Assembly: GCA_018824205.1 (NCBI GenBank)
Contig: JAHJGX010000253.1
Location: forward strand, 126 to 64,125
Direction of reading: 5' to 3'
Length of the DNA stretch: 64,000 bases
Source of the DNA: a bacterium
Lineage (GTDB): Bacteria; Fidelibacterota; UBA2242
The first letter of the stretch is position 1. The number at the start of each line of letters is the position of its first letter. The position numbers were made by a program, and so were the translations under genes. Below the pieces are notes generated by a model. It saw only the letters and a list, made by a program, of their open reading frames with translations. It was not told the origin of the DNA and made no database searches. This document shows, in pieces, positions 48,517-59,145 of the stretch.

Positions 48517-50888
48517 TCAAACGATTCACAATTAGTATATTACTTTTATCAATGACCCTTTTCGGTCAGGCGTTTCGTCTGTCAAAACCGTTTCTGAATG
48601 ATTCCACACTTGTTTACGAGGGTTTGGGTAGCAACGGTGTTACCCAGATCGCATTTCAGGGAGATTCGCTAACCTGGTTTGCCACTGGTGGCGGGTTGAG
48701 CAAAACATCTGATTTCGGTAGATCGTTCTCTAGTTACTATGGTGGCGATTTTAACATGCCTCGTGGTGGAATTTCTGCGCTTGCCACGCTTGATTCGGTA
48801 ATATGGGTAGCTGGCGTTTTTGATTCCAAAACCGACTTAGGTTCACAGCAAACCGGCGGTGGTCTTGCATATTCAAAAGATTATGGAGAAACATGGACGT
48901 ACGTGCCCCAGCCACAGGATGTTATCGTTTCAGTTTTGAATATGTCTGGTTCACCTGGCGATGTTATCGACGTTCCATTACGACTAACAAACGTTGATGA
49001 TAAAAGTATTCAATCCTATGAAATAGAAATTATTTATGACTCTGCTGAATTAACATTTGCAGGTATATCCCAAGAAAATACAATAGCTGAATCCTGGAAA
49101 GATCCAGATGTTACGCTATTAAAAGATAAACTTATTATTCGGAATTCCAGTGATTTTCCTTTGACAATGAAAGATTCCGATGATAATTCAGACAATCTTC
49201 TGTTTTTGAAATTCCAATGTGATAACACGTCTTTAGCAAAATCAATAATACGATTCGCAAATATTGTTTTTAATCAAGGAAATCCAATTGCTGATTGGAA
49301 ATCCGCTACATTTACAATTAACAGTGATTCAACCGGTAATCTGTTCCGTATACCGGATGCCTCTTATTATGCGAGCTCAATCTCCTCCCTACCTGTATTT
49401 TTTAATCCTGTCACACAAGTTAAAATAAATTCTGTTAAAATAATTTTTTGTTTTGATCCCGAAGTGGTTACACTATTAAATGCTAAAAAGGGTCCGGTTT
49501 TCGATGATGATTGGAATTTGACAACGCAAACAATTGAAAATGGAAAAATCACAGTTACAATATCCAGTCAAGATTCTCTGACCTTGAGCTCTGATGTTGA
49601 ATTACTCACTCTTTCAGTTTTCTCAAGGGATAACGACAATCAAACTTCACGCATATGCATTGATGATGTTCGTTTAAATGGTGAAGTAATAAACAAAATC
49701 ATTGATAACGCGTTAATTTTCGTCGTTCCACAAAACCCCTATTACAAAGAAAGAGTTGAGTTTCAATCAATTACCACACCAATCAACAACACTACATGGG
49801 ATATTTCTCTCTGTAAAATTGATGACGATTCCATATATGTTTATATCACCAGTTGGGCCGGTGGATTACGCCGTAGTCGGAATTATGGCGCTACCTGGCA
49901 ACGCCTTCCCCTTCCTAGTGACGAAGAAAATATGCTCATTTGTGGCGAAGTAATAGATTACGATATCGATCCCCGTGACCCGCCGGTAGGAAATCATAAC
50001 CATAAAGGTTTCAGTGTTCTCGCCGATAGCAACACCATCTGGGTCGGGACGGCCAATGGTGTCAATCTAGGTGTTATTGAGCTCGATGGCTGTATCAGCT
50101 GGCAAAAATATAACGCTCAGAATTCAAATCTGTCCGGCAATTTCATTATTGCCTTGGCCCGGCAATATTACAATGGCCAGGAAACAATCTGGGTCGGCGC
50201 ATTAACGGCAGAGAGCGGCAACGAAATACGGGCTGTCAACAAAACCACTGACAGCGGATTAAGCTGGACCCGAACGCTTGTCGGTGAACGGATTTACAAC
50301 TTTGCCTTTGACGGACCAACGGTGTATGTCTGCACAGAGCGCGGACTTTTTAAATCCCTTGATGGTGAAAACTGGGCGCTTTACGATCCGGCTGTGGATA
50401 CGGATAAAAATGAATATCTCTTTTCCGAAGACGTATATGCCGCCGGTGTAGATTCTCGTAAAGATACAACTTATTTGTGGCTGGGTACTTCCGATGGAAT
50501 CGCTAAAACGGCCAATGACGGTATCAGCTGGTCGACCTATCGTCAGTACCTTTCTACCAGCCAGGCCGGTCAACCGGAAATATACGCCTACCCAAATCCC
50601 TTTGCCCCGAATTTCCACAATGTCACCGGTGGTGATGGTCATGTTCGAATTCAGTATTATTTGGAAGATAATGCAATTGTAAAACTGGAAATATACGATT
50701 TTGCCATGGATCGGGTGTATTCCAGTGAATTCCAATCCATAGAGCATCCCGGAGACAATTCAATAGTCTGGAACGGTCGCAATCGTGCCGGTGATATTGT
50801 TGCCAACGGGACCTATTTTTGCAAGTTAACCATCAAAGAAAACGATAAGGAGACGGCGCACTGGACAAAGCTTATCGTTGTAAAATAA
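48513..50888 (+). CDS. Secreted BNR/Ycf48-like repeat protein with a cohesin-like module and a T9SS CTD
   Basis: Repeated S/TxDxGxTW-like blocks and a C-terminal YAYPNPFAPN...LEIYDFAMDRV...GTYFCKL. Confidence 0.6.
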   Translation: MIKRFTISILLLSMTLFGQAFRLSKPFLNDSTLVYEGLGSNGVTQIAFQGDSLTWFATGGGLSKTSDFGRSFSSYYGGDFNMPRGGISALATLDSVIWVAGVFDSKTDLGSQQTGGGLAYSKDYGETWTYVPQPQDVIVSVLNMSGSPGDVIDVPLRLTNVDDKSIQSYEIEIIYDSAELTFAGISQENTIAESWKDPDVTLLKDKLIIRNSSDFPLTMKDSDDNSDNLLFLKFQCDNTSLAKSIIRFANIVFNQGNPIADWKSATFTINSDSTGNLFRIPDASYYASSISSLPVFFNPVTQVKINSVKIIFCFDPEVVTLLNAKKGPVFDDDWNLTTQTIENGKITVTISSQDSLTLSSDVELLTLSVFSRDNDNQTSRICIDDVRLNGEVINKIIDNALIFVVPQNPYYKERVEFQSITTPINNTTWDISLCKIDDDSIYVYITSWAGGLRRSRNYGATWQRLPLPSDEENMLICGEVIDYDIDPRDPPVGNHNHKGFSVLADSNTIWVGTANGVNLGVIELDGCISWQKYNAQNSNLSGNFIIALARQYYNGQETIWVGALTAESGNEIRAVNKTTDSGLSWTRTLVGERIYNFAFDGPTVYVCTERGLFKSLDGENWALYDPAVDTDKNEYLFSEDVYAAGVDSRKDTTYLWLGTSDGIAKTANDGISWSTYRQYLSTSQAGQPEIYAYPNPFAPNFHNVTGGDGHVRIQYYLEDNAIVKLEIYDFAMDRVYSSEFQSIEHPGDNSIVWNGRNRAGDIVANGTYFCKLTIKENDKETAHWTKLIVVK

Positions 50889-50893
50889 CCGGA

Positions 50894-51820
50894 ATGAAGC
50901 GTTTACAATACACATTACTGCTTCTGATCAGTTTTACCATTTTTAGCTCCGCAGATACCGGTGATAATGCAGGTTATGCCGGTTCCTTTTTACGAATGGG
51001 ACTTGGGGCCCGGTCGCTGGCGATGGGCAATGCCGGGGTTGCAGACAGTGAAAACGGATTTGCGGCCTACTATAATCCAGCCGGTCTCTCATATCTGAAA
51101 GACCGACATCTGTCAACAACCTATTATTTCCTCAGCCTCGACCGTCAATTGCATTATGTTGGACTCGCCTTTCCACTGAAACCAAGCGCGGGAATTTCTG
51201 TTGCTTGGATGCACGCCGGGGTCACCGATATTCAAGGCCGGACTTTCACCGGTATCCCTGACGAGGTTTACGATACCGGCGAAAATGTCGTTTACCTGTC
51301 CTTTTCCAACGCTTTTCACCGCCGTATTTCAGTTGGTTTAAATTTCAAAATACTAAGTCACAGCATGCTCGACCTGACCGGCAGCGGTCTCGGATTTGAC
51401 ATCGGCGTATTACTGAAACCTTTTGACCGTATCTCCATTGGTATTCTTTTAAAAGATATTGGCGCCAGTTACACCTGGAACACCCAGGATCTTTTTGGTG
51501 ATCGGGGTGGCAATTATACCGATACATTTCCACAAATTTTAAAAATCGGCCTGGCCTACAGTCATAATTCCACCTTCGCTTTCATCGGTGATGTCGAACT
51601 TTCCGATAAACAGGATTACCGGGTACATTTTGGCGGTGAGTACCTTGTCGGCGATATTCTTTTCCTGCGAATGGGCCTGGACAACATCAATCCTACATTC
51701 GGCGCCGGCCTGGCCTATGGATTTATGAAAGACATTCAAACCCAGATTGATTACAGCGCCATGATCGGCCTTGTCGGCGAGGGCAGCACTCACGTCTTCT
51801 CCTGGGAATTCAAGTTTTAA
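50894..51820 (+). CDS. PorV/PorQ-like T9SS outer-membrane beta-barrel protein
   Basis: Signal peptide and an N-terminal GARSLAMGNAGVA...YNPAGL motif of the PorV family. Confidence 0.5.
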   Translation: MKRLQYTLLLLISFTIFSSADTGDNAGYAGSFLRMGLGARSLAMGNAGVADSENGFAAYYNPAGLSYLKDRHLSTTYYFLSLDRQLHYVGLAFPLKPSAGISVAWMHAGVTDIQGRTFTGIPDEVYDTGENVVYLSFSNAFHRRISVGLNFKILSHSMLDLTGSGLGFDIGVLLKPFDRISIGILLKDIGASYTWNTQDLFGDRGGNYTDTFPQILKIGLAYSHNSTFAFIGDVELSDKQDYRVHFGGEYLVGDILFLRMGLDNINPTFGAGLAYGFMKDIQTQIDYSAMIGLVGEGSTHVFSWEFKF

Positions 51821-51837
51821 ACATCGCAGGTATATTA

Positions 51838-52737
51838 ATGAAACAAAAATCTCTGGTATTCACACTATTATTTTCTATGTTTTTTTATCCCATAAACGCC
51901 GAGCTGCTGAACAGCGGAATGTCCTTTTTACAGATTCCATCTTCTGCGCAGTCGGCGGCCACAATGACGGTGTTTTCGCAGTCCAGCCAGTCGCCGCTGG
52001 CCATATTTGAAAACCCCGTTGGAATCGGAAATACACAGACGACGTTTGCACTTTCCCATCATTTCTGGTTTTCAGATATCAACATTGATGTTTTGGCATT
52101 TTCAATGCCCTTCAGAAAGTTCAGTGTGGGTTTCGGATTGAACTATGTCCGAATCCCCGGTGTGGAAATTCGTGAAACACCGACCGATGAGCCACTTGCT
52201 AATGTAGAGCCGCAATACCTGGCCGCAGCGGCAGCGTATACCTGGTCACCTCTCCCGAAGGTTACCATAGGAATCACCGGTAAATTTCTCTATGAGCATC
52301 TGTATACATACACCGATAATGGCGTCGCATTCGACGTCGCCGCCCGCTGGAATGCACCCAGCATGCTGGACATCTCTTTCAGGCTGCAAAACATCGGATA
52401 TCTTCATTCCGGCATCGATGAAAACCGATTGCCGGGGACTCTTACTATTGGCATCGTTCGACCTGAAATATTTGAGGGCAATAATCTGAACGGGGCAATT
52501 GGTTTGAACCTTGGTTCAAATATGGTTTCCGGCGAAGCATTCGCCCAGGTCGGGGCAGAGTTGGACTATCGGGATATTCTTTCGGTCCGGAGTGGTTTCG
52601 CCCATATCGGTTCCGAAAACCGGGAGTCAATCGGTTTCGGGATCCACCTGGACCGCTTTACATTTGATTACGCTTATTTGTTTATGCCGGAGGGGTTTAA
52701 TAATCCCCATATCTTAACGATTAGCTACCGCCCCTGA
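51838..52737 (+). CDS. PorQ/PorV-like outer-membrane beta-barrel protein, a paralog of the preceding gene
   Basis: Signal peptide and an analogous N-terminal motif (SFLQIPSSAQSAATM...FENPVGIG). Confidence 0.45.
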   Translation: MKQKSLVFTLLFSMFFYPINAELLNSGMSFLQIPSSAQSAATMTVFSQSSQSPLAIFENPVGIGNTQTTFALSHHFWFSDINIDVLAFSMPFRKFSVGFGLNYVRIPGVEIRETPTDEPLANVEPQYLAAAAAYTWSPLPKVTIGITGKFLYEHLYTYTDNGVAFDVAARWNAPSMLDISFRLQNIGYLHSGIDENRLPGTLTIGIVRPEIFEGNNLNGAIGLNLGSNMVSGEAFAQVGAELDYRDILSVRSGFAHIGSENRESIGFGIHLDRFTFDYAYLFMPEGFNNPHILTISYRP

Positions 52738-52748
52738 TTTGATATCTT

Positions 52749-52937
52749 CTATTCCAATCGAAATTCTATCGGAATAACTATATAGACGCCAACACTGATA
52801 TCACGCTGTTTTGCGGGTTTAAATTTTGTTTTTCGGACTGCGTCTATTGCCGCCTCATCAAGACCGGTTTTAGGGATACCCTGGACCACCCAACACTCTC
52901 CCACATTACCTTTTTCGTCAATATATGCAGCAACCAA
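52749..52937 (-). pseudogene. TonB C-terminal domain remnant
   Basis: VAAYIDEKGNVGECWVVQGIPKTGLDEAAIDAVRKTKFKPA...IEFRL matches the TonB C-terminal domain consensus. There is no TM or Pro-rich N-terminal part upstream. Confidence 0.55.
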
Positions 52938-53104
52938 TACGGTGCCGGAAATCTCAGCTTCTCGTGCAATTTCTATGTGAATGTTATGAATATTTTTATT
53001 TAAATCAACAACTTTATAACACTAACGTTTACTGCTTTCTATTGTATAACCCCTTATTATCCTGTACATTTATGGCTCGTTATTTTAAAAGGATTACAAT
53101 ACAA

Positions 53105-54919
53105 ATGCGTAAAAATAAATTCAGAAATATTGCCATCATCGCCCATGTGGACCATGGTAAAACCACACTGGTAGATGGAATGCTCAAACAGAGCGGCATC
53201 TTCCGGGAAAATCAAACCGTGGAAACCCGGATCATGGACAACATGGACCTGGAGCGGGAACGGGGCATTACCATAAACGCCAAAAACACAGCGATCTGGT
53301 ACAAAGACACCAAGATCAACATTATTGATACTCCCGGGCATGCGGATTTCGGCGGCGAAGTCGAACGCGGCCTGAATATGGTGGATGGCGCCATCCTGCT
53401 GGTCGATGCCAGTGAAGGCCCGCTGCCTCAAACCAGGTTTGTTGTGAAAAAAGCACTTGCTAAACAGCTGTCCATGATTCTGGTGATCAACAAAATCGAC
53501 CGCCGTGACGCACGCATTAAGGAAGTAATCAATGAGGTCTACGATCTTTTTATCGACCTGGGCGCCAGTGAAGAGCAGATTGAATTTCCGATTCTGTATA
53601 CACAGGCCAAGTTAGGTGAAGCCCATCGCAGCCTGGGTGATGGTTCCGTAAACCTGCAGCCGTTATTTGAAACCATTGTCGAGACGATTCCCGGACCGAT
53701 TGTGGATGATGAAAAAACTACTCAGTTTCTGATCACAAACCTGGATTATGATCCCTATGTTGGTCAAATCGCTATCGGCCGCATAAGCAACGGTCACCTG
53801 GAAATGAACCGCAATTATTCGCTGTGTTGTGAAACTACAATTGTAAACAACATCAAGTTCTCAGCATTATACACCTTTGAAGGTCTGAAAAAAACCAGCG
53901 TGGAAAAGGTTGAGGCCGGTGATATTATCGCCCTGGCCGGTGTTCCGAATATACATATCGGCGATACCATTTCGTCCGCTGAAAATCCGGTTCCCCTTCC
54001 CAGAATTCAGGTTGACGAACCGACTATTTCCATGCTGTTTTACGTCAATACCAGCCCCCTCGCCGGCAATGAATCCAGCTATCTCACGTCACGGCAATTG
54101 AAAGAACGGCTTGAACGGGAAACATTGCGCAATGTCTCCATGCGGGTCAAACCGGTCAAGGGCCGGGCCGATGTATTTGAAGTTTGCGGCCGGGGCGAGC
54201 TGCAAATGGCGGTGCTGATTGAAACCATGCGGCGCGAAGGCTACGCCCTGATGGTATCCAAACCGCGGGTCATTACAAAAATTATCGACGGAAAAAAGCA
54301 TGAACCTGTTGAGCGGGTATTTATCGATGTTCCCGATGTATTTATCGGTGTCGTCACTGAAGGTCTGTCCAAGCGCAAAGGCCGCATGACAAATTTGATT
54401 AATCCCGGTCACGGACGCGTTAACCTGGAAATCCTGATTCCCACCCGTGGTCTGATTGGATTTCGCAGTCAGTTTTTAACAGAAACCAAGGGAACCGGCG
54501 TAATGAACACCCTTTTTGAGAGTTACGAACCCTGGTTTGGACCGATTCCCCAGCGTCAGTCCGGGGCGCTCGTGGCCGACCGCAATGGCAGAGTAACCGC
54601 CTATGCCAGTTTTGGCATGGTGGATCGTGGCGAGCTGTTTATCGGGCCGGGAACCGAGGTCTATCGCGGAATGATTATCGGCGAACGAAACCGCCAGCAA
54701 GACCTGGACATCAATATCACCAGAGAAAAGAAATTGACCAATATGCGGGCAGCTTCTGCCGACGCAACCATCACCCTGCGCCCGCCACGCATGCTGTCGC
54801 TGGATCAGTCGATTGAATTTATTGCTGAGGACGAACTGGTGGATGTATCCCCCATGTCGGTGCGCTTACGAAAAATGGAACTTGACCCAAATCTGCGGAA
54901 AAGGTTTTCTTCCGATTAA
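53105..54919 (+). CDS. typA: Translational GTPase TypA/BipA
   Basis: [18 protein letters not shown] and DTPGHADF G-motifs. Confidence 0.9.
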   Translation: MRKNKFRNIAIIAHVDHGKTTLVDGMLKQSGIFRENQTVETRIMDNMDLERERGITINAKNTAIWYKDTKINIIDTPGHADFGGEVERGLNMVDGAILLVDASEGPLPQTRFVVKKALAKQLSMILVINKIDRRDARIKEVINEVYDLFIDLGASEEQIEFPILYTQAKLGEAHRSLGDGSVNLQPLFETIVETIPGPIVDDEKTTQFLITNLDYDPYVGQIAIGRISNGHLEMNRNYSLCCETTIVNNIKFSALYTFEGLKKTSVEKVEAGDIIALAGVPNIHIGDTISSAENPVPLPRIQVDEPTISMLFYVNTSPLAGNESSYLTSRQLKERLERETLRNVSMRVKPVKGRADVFEVCGRGELQMAVLIETMRREGYALMVSKPRVITKIIDGKKHEPVERVFIDVPDVFIGVVTEGLSKRKGRMTNLINPGHGRVNLEILIPTRGLIGFRSQFLTETKGTGVMNTLFESYEPWFGPIPQRQSGALVADRNGRVTAYASFGMVDRGELFIGPGTEVYRGMIIGERNRQQDLDINITREKKLTNMRAASADATITLRPPRMLSLDQSIEFIAEDELVDVSPMSVRLRKMELDPNLRKRFSSD

Positions 54920-54922
54920 CAA

Positions 54923-55297
54923 TTACGTTTCCCGGCTGGAATAATCACTCAGCCGCTCAATGACAAACGCTCTTACTATCGGATCTATCGTATAGCTGGC
55001 ATCAAAAAAATGCTGTAAAATCGGGTCTCTTTCAAAGCTTCCATCGGGAATGAGAATCGGGGTCATTTTGTGATATCTTTCACGCCCTTCCCCATCATCA
55101 ACGCCTTTATGTGTATAACCACCTGTTTGCTGCCAGGTCAGGGCTTTTTCGCCAGGTCCTTTGTCATAGCACAACTGAAAGCCCAGTATTGTATTTTCCG
55201 GAGTCTGCCAGACAATCAGATCGAAGTACTCATCGGTAAACCAACGGCGAAAAGGTTCTCCATCGACTTGCCGGGCATTTTTAAGTTCCGTGAGCAT
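54923..55297 (-). CDS. Hypothetical protein
   Basis: 124 aa ORF with coding-like composition and no recognizable motif. Confidence 0.3.
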   Translation of the reverse strand: MLTELKNARQVDGEPFRRWFTDEYFDLIVWQTPENTILGFQLCYDKGPGEKALTWQQTGGYTHKGVDDGEGRERYHKMTPILIPDGSFERDPILQHFFDASYTIDPIVRAFVIERLSDYSSRET

Positions 55298-55383
55298 GAA
55301 TGATGTTTTCTTTTGTTCCGGGTTAATATAAAAAAACCAGCGGTTTCCCGTAGGGTTTATTTTTTCAACGTGATCGTAGTCAC

Positions 55384-57495
55384 TTAAAGATTCTCAACGA
55401 TCAGGTTCAGATCAAATTCCCGGATTTCACCCGGTTTTAGGCTGACATTAATTGTGGGAACGATGACCGAGCTCTGGTAAACCCGTTCGAATCCAGCCTC
55501 TGACAACGATACGGTTTCCACTGGAAAATACCAGAATTCGTCTGTACCTTTCGCTTTCAGAATCAATCGGAATTTATCCCATTCATTGACCACTGACATT
55601 GAAGAAATATCGGTTAAAATACCGTGACTATTCAGCGCCGGATTTTCCAGTTTTTTCCCATCGGCCATATAATACCGGTCCGGCGTATTACCACCCAGCA
55701 TCGCAAAATTGAATTCCGTCCCAAAACGGAAGCTGTTTTCCTTTTCACCGGTATTGTTCAGGCGATAATGAATCTTTAATACGGACTTTTCGTAGATAAT
55801 TGTTTTCTCAATCCGGAATTTCTGCCAGTTCGCCCATCCATCCCGACTGAAACGAATTGTTTTCTGCTTTTTATCCACAGAACAGTTATAAAGTCCCTGA
55901 ATAAAATCGCTGTCTTCATAGTATTCACCATTGCGGAACTGATCAAATGTGACCGTCGGATTAATGATATGGTCCAGCAGATTCTTACGGGGATACTGGT
56001 CGTATTTCAGATAGTTCTCCAGCCCTTCTTCTTTGGCCATCACATTGTCATGGATCGAGCCGTTGGCAGAATCTGACCCGGCCTTGAGTACCTTGCGGTG
56101 ATAAGCTTCCCGGTAGCGCTTCAGACTGTTTAATACGTTATAGGATTTGTCCAGCAGTGACAATTCAGTCATCATGGCGCCACGGTGAGGAGCGAACACA
56201 GTCAGGATATTATCGGAGGTGATCAGCAATTCCTTGTCGCCATCGACGTCGATATCCAATTCCGCCACATGGAAAGCCGAACGTTTTTCAATTTTGTTCA
56301 AGATCTGTTCGCATTTGAGTAATTCACCATACAGCGCGTGCCGCAGGTGGGGCAGGTAAAGCCCGCCGAAAATTCCATGCCAGTAAGCGCAGTTACACAT
56401 GCTTCGCCAGAGATGATCGCGGGCATTCTGCAGATCTTTTTTATCTGCGGAGACCACTTTTTCACTGTCGATTCCATGATAGCGGTCGGACAGATGCTGC
56501 ATCTTTTTCTGAATCCAGTTGGCCTCATCGTATTTGAACAGAAAATTGCGCCAGATACCGCCTTTGATAAAGGGTTTGACCTCGTCGCCACGTTCCTGAT
56601 TATCAAATTCCTTGACCAGATCACTAAATTTCTCGCCGGCCTCCCAGGGCAAAGACCACTCACTCATTTCGAAATAGGATGCCGTCGGCAGGTAGATCCG
56701 GCCTTTGGGTGAATGCCCGGAATAGTAATCCGCAAAGGTTTGAGTCTTCAGCCAGTCACTGTTTTCTTCCAGTGTTTTCATAAAACCACGGAGCCAGCCC
56801 TGTTCGAATACTGTCTCATATGTTCCGGGCCAGACCCCGAATTTTTCGCCATCATCGGCCATAACGATTGCATTGTTGGCATCATCGGTAACATATTGAC
56901 GCAGATGGTCGATCGTTTCCTGGGGATCTTTAAATGGAATTGCGTAGCGCAGTTTCTGGCTGATCGGAAAAATCGACAGTCCATAGCCCTGTTCTTCGGT
57001 AATAAAATGACCGGTCAGGTCCTTTTCCATTTTCCCGGTTCCCAGAAAATGATAATCGTCCACGGTAATGTATTTAATCCCGGCCTCGGCGATCGGTTTT
57101 GCCAGGGATGGTTCCCAGACCCGCTCGGTCAGCCAGAGCCCTTTGGGCTCATATCCGAAACGCTGGCGAATATAGTCGTTCATCATTTTAATCTGACCGA
57201 CTTTATCCACATCGGGAATAACGGCCAAAACCGGCTCAAAAAAACCGCCGCTGATGATTTCGACGTTCCCGCGTTTTACCATTCTGGCGACCCGGTCCAG
57301 ATATTCCGGATGATATTTTTCCAGCCATTCCAGCAGACAACCGCTGAAATGAAACGTCAGGGCAATCGACGGAAAATCTTCAGCCACTTCCACAAAGGGC
57401 AGATAGCTGTGCCGGTAGGCGTGCTCGACGACAAAGTCAAAGTTGCCTACCGGCTGATGATTATGTATTCCAAAAATAAAATTTACTGTTTTCAA
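55384..57495 (-). CDS. Glycoside hydrolase family 57 enzyme (alpha-amylase / 4-alpha-glucanotransferase type)
   Basis: N-terminal FGIHNHQP, WLTERVWEP and ITVDDYHF blocks characteristic of GH57. Confidence 0.8.
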   Translation of the reverse strand: MKTVNFIFGIHNHQPVGNFDFVVEHAYRHSYLPFVEVAEDFPSIALTFHFSGCLLEWLEKYHPEYLDRVARMVKRGNVEIISGGFFEPVLAVIPDVDKVGQIKMMNDYIRQRFGYEPKGLWLTERVWEPSLAKPIAEAGIKYITVDDYHFLGTGKMEKDLTGHFITEEQGYGLSIFPISQKLRYAIPFKDPQETIDHLRQYVTDDANNAIVMADDGEKFGVWPGTYETVFEQGWLRGFMKTLEENSDWLKTQTFADYYSGHSPKGRIYLPTASYFEMSEWSLPWEAGEKFSDLVKEFDNQERGDEVKPFIKGGIWRNFLFKYDEANWIQKKMQHLSDRYHGIDSEKVVSADKKDLQNARDHLWRSMCNCAYWHGIFGGLYLPHLRHALYGELLKCEQILNKIEKRSAFHVAELDIDVDGDKELLITSDNILTVFAPHRGAMMTELSLLDKSYNVLNSLKRYREAYHRKVLKAGSDSANGSIHDNVMAKEEGLENYLKYDQYPRKNLLDHIINPTVTFDQFRNGEYYEDSDFIQGLYNCSVDKKQKTIRFSRDGWANWQKFRIEKTIIYEKSVLKIHYRLNNTGEKENSFRFGTEFNFAMLGGNTPDRYYMADGKKLENPALNSHGILTDISSMSVVNEWDKFRLILKAKGTDEFWYFPVETVSLSEAGFERVYQSSVIVPTINVSLKPGEIREFDLNLIVENL

Positions 57496-57512
57496 TTAGA
57501 CAAACGCCTCAT

Positions 57513-58526
57513 TTACATCTTGTCGATCATCAACTGAACAAGATCGACAACCCGGCAGGTGTATCCGTATTCGTTATCGTACCAGCCGGAAACCTTGACC
57601 ATACCTTCGGGTAAAACCATTGTCATCTTGGAGTCAAAAATAACGGAATAGGGTTCGCCGATCACATCGGTGGATACGAACTCATCTTCTGTATACAACA
57701 TAATGCCTTTGAGCGGACCGTCTGCGGCCTTTTTCATCGCAGCATTAATATCTTCAACCGTGGCCGGTTTTTCGAGCTCAAGGATCAATTCGGTTAGTGA
57801 ACCGTCGGGAGTTGGTACGCGATAAGCTACACCGCCCATTTTTCCTTTTACCTGGGGAATGACTTTTCCGATGGCTTTGGCGGCGCCGGTAGATGTGGGA
57901 ATTACCGACATCGCGGCAGCGCGGGCCCTTCTGAGATCGCTGTGCGGAGCATCCAGCAGGTTCTGGTCCATGGTATAGGCATGAATTGTCAGCAGAAAAC
58001 CCTGTTTGATTCCCCAGTTGTCAACGATAACTTTCGCCATAGGAGCGGCACAGTTGGTAGTGCAGGAAGCGTTGGATACAATTTCCTCGGTGCCTTTATA
58101 ATCGTCGGTATTCACACCCAGAACAATCGTTCCGTCGATCTCGTCCTTGGCCGGTACAGTCAAAATAACTTTTTTCGCGCCGGCGGCCAGGTGAGCGGCG
58201 ATCTGGACCCTTTTCCGGAAAACACCGGTAGCTTCAATGACAATATCCACACCCAGTTCTTTCCAGGGCAGCTGGGCCGGATCTTTTTCGGCGTACACCG
58301 GGATTTTCTTACCGTCAACAACAATAGAATTTCCATCGACTTCGACGGTTCCCGGAAATTTACGATGTACCGAATCGTGTTTCAGTAAGGCGCCCAGTGT
58401 TTTAGCGTCGGTCAAATCGTTGATCGCAACGACTTCCCAATCTTTTCCCAACTCCTTAGATGCACGTATAAAAGCTCTCCCTATTCGTCCAAAACCATTA
58501 ATAGCCAGTTTAGTTGCCATTTTCAA
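57513..58526 (-). CDS. gap: Glyceraldehyde-3-phosphate dehydrogenase
   Basis: NGFGRIGR NAD-binding motif and SCTTNCAAP catalytic Cys. Confidence 0.9.
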   Translation of the reverse strand: MKMATKLAINGFGRIGRAFIRASKELGKDWEVVAINDLTDAKTLGALLKHDSVHRKFPGTVEVDGNSIVVDGKKIPVYAEKDPAQLPWKELGVDIVIEATGVFRKRVQIAAHLAAGAKKVILTVPAKDEIDGTIVLGVNTDDYKGTEEIVSNASCTTNCAAPMAKVIVDNWGIKQGFLLTIHAYTMDQNLLDAPHSDLRRARAAAMSVIPTSTGAAKAIGKVIPQVKGKMGGVAYRVPTPDGSLTELILELEKPATVEDINAAMKKAADGPLKGIMLYTEDEFVSTDVIGEPYSVIFDSKMTMVLPEGMVKVSGWYDNEYGYTCRVVDLVQLMIDKM

Positions 58527-58816
58527 ACTCCTTTTGGTTTAGTTTTTCAATTTGTACAATTATTCTCTGTTTTAAGTGTAACTCCGTCATGAGTCAACGG
58601 AAACGAATTTAGGTTTTTCCATAAACTTTTACAAGGAAATCATCACAGTCGGTGTGGCGCGTCTTAACGGAAGAAGCGGAAATCCAAAAGCGTCCGCTGT
58701 GGATTGCAACGGAGGCTTTGCGTGAATTGAAAAGTGATGTCGTTCAGAAGTGTTCGAAATGCTGATTATCTTATTTAATCAATAACCTAACAGAATCCCT
58801 TTCGGGAAACGAAACA

Positions 58817-58987
58817 ATCCTCCTGGCCGAGAACGAAGATATGGTCCGCAATCTTGTGGCGGAAAAATTGACGATAATTCATCCCGGACTTAGGGTGATT
58901 TATATGTCCGGATATATGGACTATGTCATCACTCGACACGACATCTTATCGGACAGTGTGTGTTTTTACAAAAACCGTTCACAATGA
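58817..58987 (+). pseudogene. Response-regulator receiver domain remnant with an internal deletion
   Basis: ILLAENEDMVRNLVAEKL (receiver N-terminus) is joined directly to IHPGLRVIYMSGYMDYVITRHDILSDSVCFYKN (receiver C-terminus), and the central ~70 residues including the phospho-acceptor Asp are missing. The frame is open from 58766 and has no ATG or GTG start. Confidence 0.5.
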
Positions 58988-59145
58988 ATGTTTTATTAAA
59001 AGAGGTCCGCAGAGTAATAGATACCGAAAATGAGTGAAGTCGGGGGTACTGACTGTGGCCGCTTGTTCGCAGCTTCAATTGAGATTCAGGAACAGTGAAA
59101 CGAATATATCACTGAGCAGTATTGGCGGATTAAGTCACACTTTAA

